DNA of 64,000 bases from Octopus sinensis (GCF_006345805.1 NC_042999.1:138446001-138510000); one strand, 5' to 3'. Positions 1 to 11,124 are shown, counted from the stretch's first letter. Notes: generated by a model not told the origin, from the letters alone. Numbers and translations are program-made.

Positions 1-168
1 CTTTTCAAATTGGATGAACATACTCTTAAGATACTTTTACATACCCTTACATACAAGTAAGTGTTTAGCTTAATCTTTTGAGTATAATAAAACAAACAGA
101 AATGACATCGTTTTTATCGACATCATCCTTATCTTTAAAAAGTTTGTAATTTGTTTATATTTATTTTT

Positions 169-683
169 ATTATATGGAAAATGCGAGCATGAAAAGTAAT
201 ATTCTTAAGATTATAAATCTGAAAAAGTACAGGACAAGTTATTACACCTGTAAAAGTATAGGACAAGCTATTAGTTCTAGTAAAGAATAAGAAACTTTTT
301 ACTTAAAATATTGCAGCAAAGAATGCCAGTTCTTATAATTTATCACTCTTAACAGTTCTCATATTCTAAATTTATTGTACAAAGCTGTTCAGCTAATTTC
401 TAAGTTTGTCTAATTAGTCACTTATTACTGTATTTAAGGTAGTAAATTAGCCAAATTCTACTTAAATAAGTATAGTGTTATTTGTAAAATATAATAAAAT
501 AAGTCTTAATATTCAAATTGTAATTTTAGCTGCAATATTTTAAGTAAAAAGTTTCTTAATCTTTACTTTACTAGAAGTAATAGCTTGTCCTATACTTTTA
601 CAGGTGTAATAACTTGTCCTGTACTTTTCCAAGTTTATAATCTTAAGAATATTACTTTTCAGACTCGCGTTTTTCCATGTAAT
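169..683. repeat. Fold-back inverted repeat, arms ~169-317 and ~529-683
   Basis: The left arm (ggaaaatgcgag...gtacaggacaagttattacacctgtaaaagtataggacaagc...tgcagc) is the approximate reverse complement of the right arm. No hammerhead core found. Confidence 0.85.
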
Positions 684-1504
684 TCATTATTTTTTCCAGG
701 CATTGCTGTTATAAGATAATTAATAATGTGTCAATTAATAATTTAAGATTTTACCTTATAAAATACTGAAGATAATGTTTAATTTAAATATATGTTGTGA
801 TTGAATTATTTGATATTACCCATCCACACCAAATAAATGGCAAGGATTTTTACCATGTTGCTGGTTGCCCCATGGCTCACCAAAAGTTACAAACAACAAG
901 ACCCCCAAAACCATCAGTTACCAGGCTCGCCTTAAGTAACCTAATTTTGCAATATTAAGAGGTCACAGGAATTCATTCAACGAAAAAAAAAATTCCAGTG
1001 ATTCTGGGATTGATGAGGGGGGGGGCGACCACCTCATTTTTTCCGAATAAAATTAGGGATTTGCAGCATATTAGGAGGTCAGGGTACTTGATTCCACGCA
1101 AAAAATCAGTTTTTTTTTCTTAGTGAAAATCGTGCGGGTGTTAATATAGAAATTTACCATAATGTTGCTATTTAGCCTCAAATCAACCCTGATACAGTAA
1201 ACCTATCATCAAAGACATTCCGGCCTTCAGAAACCGTCTTTTTAGGGATAATCTAAGACATTACATACAATGGGCGTGTGATTTAGGTATGGGATACCTT
1301 GGCTGCTATTTTAGCGTGTCGAGCGATCAGGTAGAGGCTCTTTCATTGGTTTGATTGCGTGATGAGATTGTTTTACACATATATGTAATATATATATATA
1401 TCATCGGCAGAAGTTAGAGAGTAAGTCAAAAGCCGAGAGTTTCGTGTTTTGGCACTTATCAAACACGAATTTATACATTGTCACCCTGTAACTTCTGACG
1501 AAGT

Positions 1505-1800
1505 AACTTCTAAAATACAAAATTTTGTCAAAAACGTTAAGAGTAAATCCTGTTCTATGTGACACATTCTACCAGTATCAGAAGTTTGAAAGTGTTTAAT
1601 TTTTTAAAATTAATTAAATAATCTGCACGTCTAATTGAATAGATCCGAAATGTATGAAAGGCAAAGTCGACCTCGGCGGAATCTGAACTCAGAACGTAAA
1701 GACAGACGAAATACAGCTTCTAAAATAAAATTTTTTGTCAAAAACGTTAAGAGTAAACCCTTTTCTATGTGACACATTCTACCAGTATCGGAAGTTTGAT
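1505..1800. repeat. ~90-bp direct duplication (1505-1595 and 1718-1800) bracketing a SINE-C fragment (1640-1717, minus strand)
   Basis: ttctaaaata..ttttgtcaaaaacgttaagagtaaa..ttctatgtgacacattctaccagtatc.gaagtttga occurs twice. Between the copies is gaaaggcaaagtcgacctcggcggaatctgaactcagaacg, the same as the SINE-C body at 44840-44890. Confidence 0.8.
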
Positions 1801-1802
1801 TT

Positions 1803-3909
1803 CACGTATGAGTTAACAAATAGATGAATTTAAAAATTTTACATAAATATGAATAGTTCGAATGATAACATATGCAAGACAACAATACAGAATGGAGTGG
1901 AGAGGCGGGATATGCTCGGACCCCACGACCCGTCTCACCACTGATGCTTTGGGTTCTTCCTGCGTTGTATTCATGTGGTTCCATCCATTCGTGCGACATT
2001 CTTCCATCGATCTTGGAACATTTTTGCGGACGGGTATTTTTTCTCTAACCCTATTTTCCTTCTTATGCACCCACTGAAATTCACCAAGCCAGGGCCAGAG
2101 ATAAAAATGCCTGTTATTAACCCTTTCATTCGCGTCTTCCAAATCGCCTCTCTCGCAATTGCTACTACGATGAGAAAGCAATTCTTACCGTCTTTCGATA
2201 GGAAATCCGGTGGGTCAGTTTTTACTATTGACTCAGTCGATAGCTGTACTCTTCCTGTACTTGACAAATGTTGTTCGGCATAAACCCACATATCGGACAC
2301 CTCAATACACTCGGCGGGGGATGGCCTATGACTGTGGGGAAATATGATTTTAGTATTTCAAGGTTTATATTGTCTATTTGTATTATCATAATTCCTTCAG
2401 GAAGTTTTGTATAATGTTCTATGAAGATTTCTGATGTAGGAATATTTTAAATTCTAGATGTAAATTGTTCGTTCGTGGCATTTATTGACACTAATAGTAA
2501 TTTGTTTTGCCATATTTTTTTCCGGGACTGGAGGGGAGGGATGATTTTCTTGGGCTGGGCGAGGGGATGTACGAGGGGAGGGATATCGGGACTGGAGGAT
2601 GGGGATTAGAGAGGTGAAATATCAGGGCTGGGTGGGAGGGAGGAGAGGTTATCAGGGTTGAAAGGAGGGGATATTGGTGGGCTTTTTTGGGAGGGATAGT
2701 GGCGAGGAGGGGTAGTTTGAGTTTCGTGTGTGTCTGTTGAGAGAGCTTTTTTCTTGTTCGATCTGGAAGTTGAGGGGGTGGGATTTGGATTCTTCTTTTT
2801 GGTTAATTTCTTCCTTTTTACTGTAGACCACCCGTCTTCACTCCCAGCTGGTTGAGTGTTTTCATTGCAGGGAGCCTGCTGGTCGGCCTTCTGTGTCTCT
2901 GTATCTTCTGCATCATTTTTTGGGCCGTCTCTACCTTACGAGTAGGATTGTTTGCTCGAATGTGGCCTTTCTTTCCATATTCGAAGCACCGGGGTCTTCT
3001 TCCCTCCACCATTACTGGTAAGGTGCTTTTTTCTCCGAGGTGTATGTTCTCTACGATCATTTCCAGGGTCTGAGGCGCCGCTTGGATAATGACCTCGAGG
3101 CCTTGCCCCTTCCAGTTCTGCTGGTGTATTTTTGAGGCCTCTAATATCGTTATTTCTTCTATCCCTATTAGTAAGGCTGGGAGTAGCCATGATACGTTTA
3201 TTTCTGGCGGGATCTCGTCCATCGTGATTTTTTATATGCGTCTACCAAAGTATGTTGGCAGCAATACAATGTCCGTAGTTTTCAAAGGTTGTACTGAGTA
3301 TGTTTTTGCTTTGTCTTCACTTTTGAAATACACTACTACCGTGGCAAAGCGTTTGCCTCTGGTCAGGTATTCTATGTCCTGCCAGATCGGCTGTAGGCAT
3401 TTTCTATAGCTTTTGGTGCTTTGTCTAGTTTCTTTTCCTTTACAACAAGAGTTTTAAATACGACTATTTTTTTTGCGGTTTCTTCGATAATTTCACTCGG
3501 GAGGGTGGCTTTTACGTCGTATCTCTCCTTTGCAAACATGTTTTGGTGCTGCATTAGTACATTTTTGTCAATACATAGTTTTTCTTTTTTCACTCCAGCC
3601 GCAGCTGCAAAATTAAACTTTTTTGCCGGTTCGACAAGTTTTTCTGCCATCGGCATACTTTATATTTTACAGTTCTTTTCACAGTTTTCGTCTACAGAGG
3701 AAGTATTCATTTTTAACAAAATAAATTGTGGAGAAACACCACAAAAAAATTAATAATTCCCACCCCCTCACAGAGGGGGATAAAAGTTCACTCCGTCTGC
3801 CGCACGCAGAACGGTATTAAACACAACAATAAAAGAATTCAGCAACAACAATTTCAACACTAACCTTGAAGCAAAGAATACACCACACAATTAATCACAC
3901 GTAACAAAA
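1803..3909 (-). mobile_element. Tx1/L1-clade LINE relic (copy A): 5' UTR and ORF1, internal deletion, then the ORF2 C-terminus and part of the 3' UTR
   Basis: ORF1 pieces 3656-3372 and 3222-2818 align by eye to ORF1 at 14992 (IPPE..V.WL, VEGRRPRCFEYGKKGHIRAN). The piece 2300-1971 (WVYAEQHLSSTGRVQLSTESIVKTDPPDFL...RWKNVAR) is near-identical in pattern to the ORF2 end at 19440-19776. The 3' UTR resembles 19780-19950. Confidence 0.9.
2818..3656 (-). pseudogene. Frameshifted Tx1-type ORF1 (gag-like) of LINE copy A
   Basis: ORF-track pieces 3372-3656 and 2818-3222. Degenerate zinc knuckle CFEYGKKGHIRAN compared with CFGCGKKGHVRAEC in the intact copy. Confidence 0.8.
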
Positions 3910-3952
3910 CCGCAAGCGTTTCACCCGGCGTGCTAACGTTTCTGCCAACTCG

Positions 3953-4851
3953 ATTTCTTTTATTTAGGCACATGGCCTTTATAAAGAGGAGACACCACAA
4001 GGACAGACAAAACAAGACATTGGCGTACATATAAAACATATATCAAATGGACTATAACTATGATAAAAAATGAGGATCAAATGGCTTACTCGCCCCACCC
4101 CTAAAGCAAGCAGCTTCATTTCACTGTTCTTTTAAATTACAGTTCACTTTACAGTCATGTATCTTTTTTATATTAACACACAATTACAACAAATATTGCA
4201 TAAGATCATCGAAAATTACAAGAGGCGGCAACTCGTATCTAATCTGAAGTGGTGATACTTCAATTTTTTTTCCGAACAGTTCTGCTAATCTCTCCCCTCT
4301 CTCTCTCTCTCTCCAATAGCACACCCTTCTTACCTTCTGAGTTTGCCAATTTCACTCTGATAATATTTTTCATCTTTGTTAACCTCTTTTCGATTTCAAC
4401 ACTTTTTTCGTATTCTACGAGGTTTCGTAAATTTCTCCCTGTATGTATCTTTCTCTACTCTCTTCGTCCGACATATATTTCTCTGCCTCAAATTCGCTGT
4501 CTCTTTCGTTTTCATTCTTCTGTCGTGCTCCTTTTTCCTTACTGGTTGAAGGCAACGGTTCCCGTGTTCGCATTTCACTTGATTTTCTGTTTTTCTTCTT
4601 TTCTTTCTTGTTCTCTTCCTCGTTTGTTTTTCTTTTTTTTCCTTGAGGCTTTTAGGTGGTGATTCTAAATTCTTTTTTCTTTAAATTGCTCGTTCATTTT
4701 CTCCTGCTACATCTTTACTCTCTTCTTGAATTTCTGTTTCTATTATTTCCTCCTCGTGTTTCTGGGGACACTTGGCCTTCATGTGTCCCCTTACTCCACA
4801 CGCAAAACATACTGGATATCATAAATATCCATATCATTTTAATGGAATGAG
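3953..4851 (-). mobile_element. Tx1-type element with the ORF1 C-terminal half followed directly by a 3' UTR and tail, with no ORF2 (HAL1-like)
   Basis: Minus strand 4809-4768 encodes an intact CX2CX4HX4C knuckle (CFACGVRGHMKAKC), followed by a Glu/Lys-rich decayed ORF. It ends GGCCATGTGCCTAAATAAAGAAAT at 3953, like the other LINE tails here. The 5' side is cut by the MITE at 4852. Confidence 0.65.
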
Positions 4852-5279
4852 GGATCTTTTCGGTTTGAACGGTAGTTTTTTCTAGCGGTGTCATATGAAA
4901 TTGTCACCCATAATTATGACTCTAGTATCGATCTATTGCATTTCAATCTATGTTAGGGTTAATTAGGGTTAGGGTTAGGGATGGGGGAAGGGTATCTTTT
5001 TTTCTTCAGAAATGTAAATAAACCCAATCTGTTTCTTAAACGAGGGACATATTCATACGGCACAGAATGTTTTCACCACAATAGACGGTCATTGATTGGT
5101 TGAAATTGCAGAAATTGAAGAAAAAAAAACAACAAATATCTTACAAACTATAGAATTTTCTCAATAAAGCCAAGAGAAAAAGATGTTTTATAAACACATT
5201 CTACCAGTATACGAAGTTTAAAAGTATTTAGTTACGTGGAAATTATTTTTAAAAACTGCCGTTCAAACCGAAAAGATCC
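4852..5279. mobile_element. Non-autonomous TIR element (MITE-like, 428 bp) with internal TTAGGG units
   Basis: Terminal inverted repeats ggatcttttcggtttgaacggtagttttt and aaaaactgccgttcaaaccgaaaagatcc. Four TTAGGG units at 4953-4980. Confidence 0.75.
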
Positions 5280-5807
5280 GGTATGAGTATCATTAAGAAA
5301 TAAATGGTTTTTGACACATTCATTATTCTTGATATCATGTTTTGAATATTTTCATATGTATTTCTGCTGCTCTACCGGATGCTCCTTCACCTTCCTATTC
5401 CAAAGGAGTGTGCTGTATTTCCTCTTTTTTTGTAAGGGCTTTGAAGTTGTATTTAGATTCTACATTTGTTCTTTGTGTTAAGTTTTGTTTTGTTGTTTCG
5501 AGTGTTATGTTAATGTTTCGTCTATTTGTTTTGTGGACGTTGTGCAATGTGAACTGTGTTATTTTGTTGGCTGGTGATTGCGTTTAGTACATGTTGAATG
5601 AGATACGCTGTGTATCAGTGTCTGCTTGTAACTATGTTGAGTATGTGTTGTGCAAGTGGTGTTATAGTATTGTGTAACACTTGTCTAAAATATGGGTTGT
5701 CAAAGTAGTTTGTAATATGCGGAGTGTTTCATTGGATAATTGCGTAAAATATCTAATAAGTGAATAGAGAAGGTTGTGTTATTTTATTGGATGGCAATTG
5801 TATAGAA

Positions 5808-6087
5808 AGGAGGCGCAATGGCCCAGTGGTTAGGGCAGTGGACTCGCGGTCAGAGGATCGTGGTTTCGAATCCCAGACCGGGCGTTGTGTGTGTTTATTG
5901 AGCGAAAACACCTAAGAAAAGCTCCACGAGGCTCCGGCAGGGGGTGGTGGCGACCCCTGTTGTACTCTTTCACCACAACTTTCTCTCACTCTCTTTTCCT
6001 GTTTCCCGTCTAGCTGGGGGGAACACATACGCCACAGAAACCGGGAAACCGGGCCCATGAGCCTGGCTAGGCTTGAAAAGGGCGACG
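5808..6087 (+). mobile_element. tRNA-derived SINE (family A) with a 12-bp target-site duplication
   Basis: Head ggaggcgcaatggcccagtggttagggcag...ggtttcgaatccc has A- and B-box-like motifs. aattgtatagaa occurs at 5796-5807 and 6088-6099. Confidence 0.9.
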
Positions 6088-6259
6088 AATTGTATAGAAC
6101 GTGCTTTGTGTTCTGTAGAGAGTGTCCTATATAAATTGTTATTGGACCGAAAATGTTTTACGCAGTATGTTAGCTGTGCTTTGCTGTGCCCAGCTGTGCT
6201 ATTATAAAATTGTGTATAAAATTGTGAATCTTTAAACTAGAGTTTTATAAGTTTTTATT

Positions 6260-6850
6260 CATATCTTTTTTTAAATCATACTTAATGGTTCAATTATTAT
6301 TTGTACTGTTGTCACTTTTATACCACTCAGCCTTCTTGATTCAGTAGCAAAATTCTTGTATCTTGTTTCTTTCTCCACCACATTTTAGGCGATCAGAATC
6401 GATTGAGAATGTTCTGAAAATGTACAGAGAATTTCGTTCTTCCACTGATAACTATATCTATCAGTATATCTGGGTGGTGTGTCACAGATCCTCTTGTCAG
6501 TATGGAGAGGCATGTTGCAGAAGATTTGATCAGGTCGTTGTCATGTATTCTGTTAGGTATGTAACTATACTACTTCTTATCCCTGTTCAAGTAGAAATAC
6601 CGGCATATTTTCAATTCACGTGTAGACTCATATTTGTGGATATACTCGGACTTTGCAAGTACTGAGCAACCAGAAACAATATGGTCAGTTGTTTCATTGT
6701 ATTAGCTACACTGAAAATTGGCCTCTTGCTCGTTATTTTCTTCGTAAAGTATAGTCCTTGTGTCATCCTCTAAGAGCTTCTCTAGTATATGTTTAAACTA
6801 CCTTATTTCTGTTTGTAGCTCGTAACACAGAGTAACCTCCAGTGTATGAA
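6260..6850 (-). pseudogene. Decayed R4/Dong-like (restriction-like endonuclease) LINE C-terminus
   Basis: Hand translation gives QCS*YNETTDHIVSGCSVLAKSEYIH (zinc-finger region), HHPDILID and KVTTVQIII. These match the CCHC and RLE motifs of R4/Dong elements. Confidence 0.65.
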
Positions 6851-6936
6851 TTCCTTAAAATCTGTCATACTTAAAGACAAAGTTTCTCTCAATTAAACCT
6901 GAAAAAAACAAAAACAAAAAAAAAAACAGAGACAAT

Positions 6937-7348
6937 GCGCAGGAGTGGCTGTGTGGTAAGTAGCTTGCTAACCAACCACATGGTTCCGGGTTCAGTCCCA
7001 CTGCGTGGCATCTTGGGCAAGTGTCTTCTGCTATAGCCCCGGGCCGACCAATGCCTTGTGAGTGGATTTGGTAGACGGAAACTGAAAGAAGCCTGTCGTA
7101 TATATGTATATATATATATAAGTGTGTGTGTATATGTTTGTGTGTCTGTGTTTTCCCCCTAGCATTGCTTGACAACCGATGCTGGTGTGTTTACGTCCCC
7201 GTCACTTAGCGGTTCGGCAAAAGAGACCGATAGAATAAGTACTGAGCCTACAAAGAATAAGTCCTGGGGTCGATTTGCTCGACTAAAGGCGGTGCTCCAG
7301 CATGGCCGCAGTCAAATGACTGAAACAAGTAAAAGAGTAAAAGAGTAA
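6937..7348 (+). mobile_element. tRNA-derived SINE (family B), full length
   Basis: gcgcaggagtggctgtgtggtaag...ccgggttcagtccc head, a CORE-like gtggcatcttgggcaagtgtctt segment, internal (TA/TG)n and a (gtaaaaga)n tail. Other copies at 28703, 47563 and 62555. Confidence 0.9.
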
Positions 7349-7544
7349 TGCGATTAATTATTTCTTCGCAGCTTCCACAAATTCTGAAGGTACTTAATAT
7401 ATTCTTTACTATGCTGGTTTCTAGAGGGAAGGCTTTGCTCCTGTTTCTTTCCACCCTTTCCTTTATTTTTTTTTCAAGTATTCGCCATATAGGGTTTTTT
7501 TTTCTTTCTATCGCTTTATTATGAATTTTTAATATTTACAGGAC

Positions 7545-7925
7545 TAAGACGGTGTACTGGCAGAGAGGTTAGTAGGCTGTGCAAAATCTTTAACGGCATT
7601 TCGTGTGTCTTTATTTTCAGAGTTCAAATGCCGGTGGGGTCGACTTTGCCTTTTATCCTTTCGGGGTGGATGTTCTAGGGGTCGATGTAATCAACTAGTA
7701 CCCTCTCTCGAACTTTGAACCAAAATTTGAAACCAATATATAGGAATTTAATACCCCGGGAAAAATTCTTAACAGCATTTCGTCCGTCTTTGCGCTCTGT
7801 GTTCAAATTCCGCTGAGGTCGACTTTGCCTTACAACTATTTAAGGGTCGACAAAATAAGTGCCAGTTGAGCACTGGGGTCGATGTAATCATCTACCTTCC
7901 CTCTAATTACTGGCCTTGTGCGAAT
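7545..7925 (+). mobile_element. Two diverged SINE-C copies (7545-7745 and 7765-7925)
   Basis: Both contain gttcaaat..cg..gaggtcgactttgcctt...ggggtcgatgtaatc. The second ends ggccttgtgc. Confidence 0.7.
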
Positions 7926-8329
7926 ACCATTATTAGAACTGTAAAGTGCTGGACAATGTTTCGCGCTATTTAGTTAAGCTTTGTTTAACCTTGTGCTTTA
8001 ACTTGCCAAAGTCTATAAAATAAATTGCAGTCAAGTAGTGTGGTGAATTTAATAGACTGTTTTTGCTCTCAAAATGTGTGTCCTTATCTCTGTTAGAAAT
8101 TATCGTTTATATTTTATAATACGATATAACCAAGAACTTATCGTTGATTTTTATGAATTGACTGAGATAAAAATAAAATGTTTATCAATATTGGTGTTAA
8201 CAACAAGTGTTCATTGTTGAGTTGCTATTTTATTTTAATATTTATCTATATATACTTTTGTTTGTGAATTTAGAGTTTTCTAATCTGTTGAAGCAGTTCA
8301 ACAACGAAACGTTGCAGCAGCAACAGCAT

Positions 8330-8388
8330 TAATAACAACAGTAGTAGTAGTAGTGGTAGTAGTAGTATTGGCAGTGGTAGTAGTAGTG

Positions 8389-8437
<49 letters not shown>

Positions 8438-8526
8438 CAGCAGTAGTGGTGGTGGTGGTGTTGGTGGATGTGGTGGTCCTGCTGTTACTTGTAATGGTGA
8501 AGGTGATGGTGATGATAGTAGTAGTG

Positions 8527-8560
<34 letters not shown>

Positions 8561-8600
8561 AGGCAGCAACAGCAGCGGCAATTGTAGTGGTAGTTTGATT
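8330..8600. repeat. (TAG/TGG)n trinucleotide microsatellite
   Basis: Direct inspection. It produces the poly-L and poly-V ORFs in the track. Confidence 0.95.
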
Positions 8601-8845
8601 AATGGGTTGTTATATATATATCTAATATCTGTCAACTTTAACCTACTTGAATTAACATTTAATCAAAGTATACAAAATTGTTATCATTGCAGGGAAATAC
8701 AGGGGAAAACAAACAATTCTACAATTCAATACACATTTTCATGCACAGCCTCCTCTACCGTCACCTCCTACTTTCATATAGGCGAATATTTAATCTCATT
8801 TTCTCCGTGACACATGCATATGCTTTCTCTCTTTCACTCTTCCAG

Positions 8846-8897
<52 letters not shown>

Positions 8898-8992
8898 GCG
8901 TGTGTGTGCGTGTGTCCTTTATATTGTATCAAAATTTGTAAAGTTGAGGAAGTTGTTAAAAATTGAAACCCATCAATGACTTTTGGGACACC

Positions 8993-9030
<38 letters not shown>

Positions 9031-9085
9031 GAGAGAGAGAGAGAGAGAGAGAGAGTTAAACGCAGGTGTCATTCAAATTCTTTTA

Positions 9086-9171
9086 CTTCTGACACATGTT
9101 TCGAAGATATCATTGGTATTATTCCAAAGGAAAAAATGGTGTAAAACAATGTAATCTTCTCTTCAGGGAAA
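9086..9171 (-). ncRNA. Degenerate type I hammerhead fold (Penelope-like terminus)
   Basis: Minus strand: ttcc CTGAAGA gaagattacattg..caatgatatcttc GAAA catgt GTC agaag. The core and stem II are intact, but the first stem I pair is mismatched. Confidence 0.55.
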
Positions 9172-9404
9172 TGAAGAAATAAAACTTGTCAATAAGACAG
9201 TTTAACAGAATATGATGGATATGTATAGTGATGAACTGAACGCTATTAAGCTTTAAAAAAAATGTTAGAGGATATAACGTCAAAGGTAGCCTATAGAAAG
9301 AGGAGGGGTAAAGGAGGTGTTACGCCCTTTTTACTTGTGTTATTTGTTGCTACCCTGGTAACTGTTTATCTATTTTTCTGTGTTAATTGTAAGCAAAGGG
9401 AAAA

Positions 9405-9695
9405 ATCATCTACGGCATCTCCTGCTCTCTCTGCCCTTCTCTATACATAAGGCAAACGGGACGCCGCTTTACTGACCGGTTCGCGGAACACCTCTGAGAC
9501 ATCCGACTCGGCAATGACACCCCGGTCTTGCACCATTTCCGCTCTACCCGTCACTCTTTGCAACACTTGTCCGTGTTCGGATTGTCCTTGCACAGGGGCC
9601 ATCCAGACTCCCTTTTGCGCCGTGAACAGAGATTAATCTTCTCTCTTCGCTCCTTTGCGACACATGGGCTCAACTCTCCTTCCCTCTTCATTTAA
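9405..9695 (+). pseudogene. Penelope-like element GIY-YIG endonuclease C-terminal relic
   Basis: In frame: IIYGISCSLCPSLYIRQTGRRFTDRFAEHL*DIRLGNDTPVLHHF...LLRREQRLIFSLRSFATHGLN...*. One internal TGA at 9495-9497 (CGA>TGA), and the YIG motif reads YIR. This ORF is absent from the track. Confidence 0.85.
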
Positions 9696-10389
9696 CCTCC
9701 TCCCCTCGCCTCTCTCCCCCTCACACCTACTTCCTCCCAACTAGCTCCTCTCTTGCTCCGACTTCTACTTCTCTTCACTCCTACTTTTCTTCTCTCGTCT
9801 CTTCACTACTACCCACCTTCTCCTTCCCCCTTAATCGTCACCCCTCCCTCGTAAGCCCACCCTTATACATTCCACCCCACCTTCCTCATCCTTCCCATCC
9901 CAACCCGCCCCAACCCGTACACCCACTCCCATATACCCATCTCTACTCTCACCCTCCGCCTAACCACATACCCCACCTCTCCCCCCACCCCAGCCTAACC
10001 CATACCCTCTTGCTTTCTCCACTCTCTCCCCTACCTCCCAACACCATCACACCACACCACACACCACTACACCTTACACCACCATACCACACAACACATC
10101 ACATCACAACACACCACCACGCACACATCAGCACTGACCACTTCCTAGACCCACATTTTCACATCTACACATACACACACGCACACGTCAAGACCCCCAG
10201 CCCTCTTCCACACGTACATAAAACTCTCTTATACACACGCACTCGCACCTTCGTTTTGGGGTCACTCCTTCTTTATTACCTCCCCTTCTCCCTAGCTCTC
10301 TTGTGTGACCCTTCTGTCCGGCATTCGGCATGATAGATCGCTTGCCACTACACATTCTTTATTTTCTCTCCTTGTTTCTTACTGTGTTC

Positions 10390-10425
10390 CTTTCTGTGGA
10401 AGAGCGTAGGCTCGAAACGTTAAAG
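10390..10425 (+). ncRNA. Minimal hammerhead-like motif with a non-canonical core
   Basis: cttt CTGTGGA a gagc-gtag-gctc GAAA cg TT aaag. Stem I 4 bp, stem II 4 bp, palindromic ACGT stem III; A6 is replaced by U. Confidence 0.45.
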
Positions 10426-10515
10426 ACTTTTTCACTTCCCGAGCGTTATACTAATACATCTGTTTGTTGTCTACACCACCTGACTTCGTCTTTTGTTTTT
10501 TTTTGTGAATTCTCC

Positions 10516-10595
<80 letters not shown>

Positions 10596-10972
10596 GAATA
10601 AATGAAAGAATGGAGTCGAACGACGATTTTAACAAAATTCCTTTACTCCCGACACATCTTTCGAAGGTTGCTTATTCCTAATTCCGAAGGAATAAAGGAT
10701 GAATTATGCCGCCATCTCATCAGGAAAGACAAGGAGATTATGTCAGCACCATGAAGAGCAAAAACTTTTAGATGACATGATCATGTGGGCAGTCATCTAA
10801 AAGTTTTTGCTCTTCATGGTGCTGACATAAGTTCCTTGTCTTTCCTGATGAGATGGCGGCATAATGCACCCTTTATTCCTTCGGAATTAGGAATATGCAG
10901 CCTTCAAAACATGTGTCGAGAGTAAAGGAATTTTGTTAAAATCGTCGTTCGACGCCATTCTTTCATTTATTC
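10596..10972. repeat. Fold-back palindrome, arms 10596-10776 and 10792-10972, 15-nt loop, each arm with a hammerhead fold
   Basis: Right arm: ctttc CTGATGA gatggc..gccttc AAAA catgt GTC gagag (G12>A). The left arm (minus strand) keeps GAAA but has a stem III mismatch. Confidence 0.9.
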
Positions 10973-11124
10973 TTAGTTAAAAAAAAAACACACAAAATTT
11001 ACACACGAGAGCACGGGATCCCTGCCCTTGGCATATAGCTTCAACCGTGTTTTCTGACGTGAATTTGCTACCCAGGTATCGGTTAACCGAATTATCCATA
11101 CTAGGATAATACATTCACCTTCTT

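Larger units (their letters stand above)
9405..10490 (+). mobile_element. 5'-truncated Penelope-like element (endonuclease relic, pyrimidine-rich tract, pseudo-LTR end)
   Basis: The GIY-YIG relic is followed by a C/T-rich 3' region and a hammerhead-like motif at 10390-10425. Confidence 0.7.

Noticed and set aside
4208-4230. 20-nt similarity to 20300-20320 (atcgaaa.ttacaagag.cgg)
   Set aside because: It is short, opposite in sense to the surrounding element and not extendable. Such matches are expected by chance in AT-rich DNA.
4953-4980. Telomere or chromosome-fusion scar
   Set aside because: Only four TTAGGG units, and they are internal to a TIR element.
5809-5880. tRNA genes at the SINE heads (also 6937, 44880-44950 and 45442)
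   Set aside because: A and B boxes are present, but I could not form a complete cloverleaf. Each continues into a repeated SINE body, one with a TSD.
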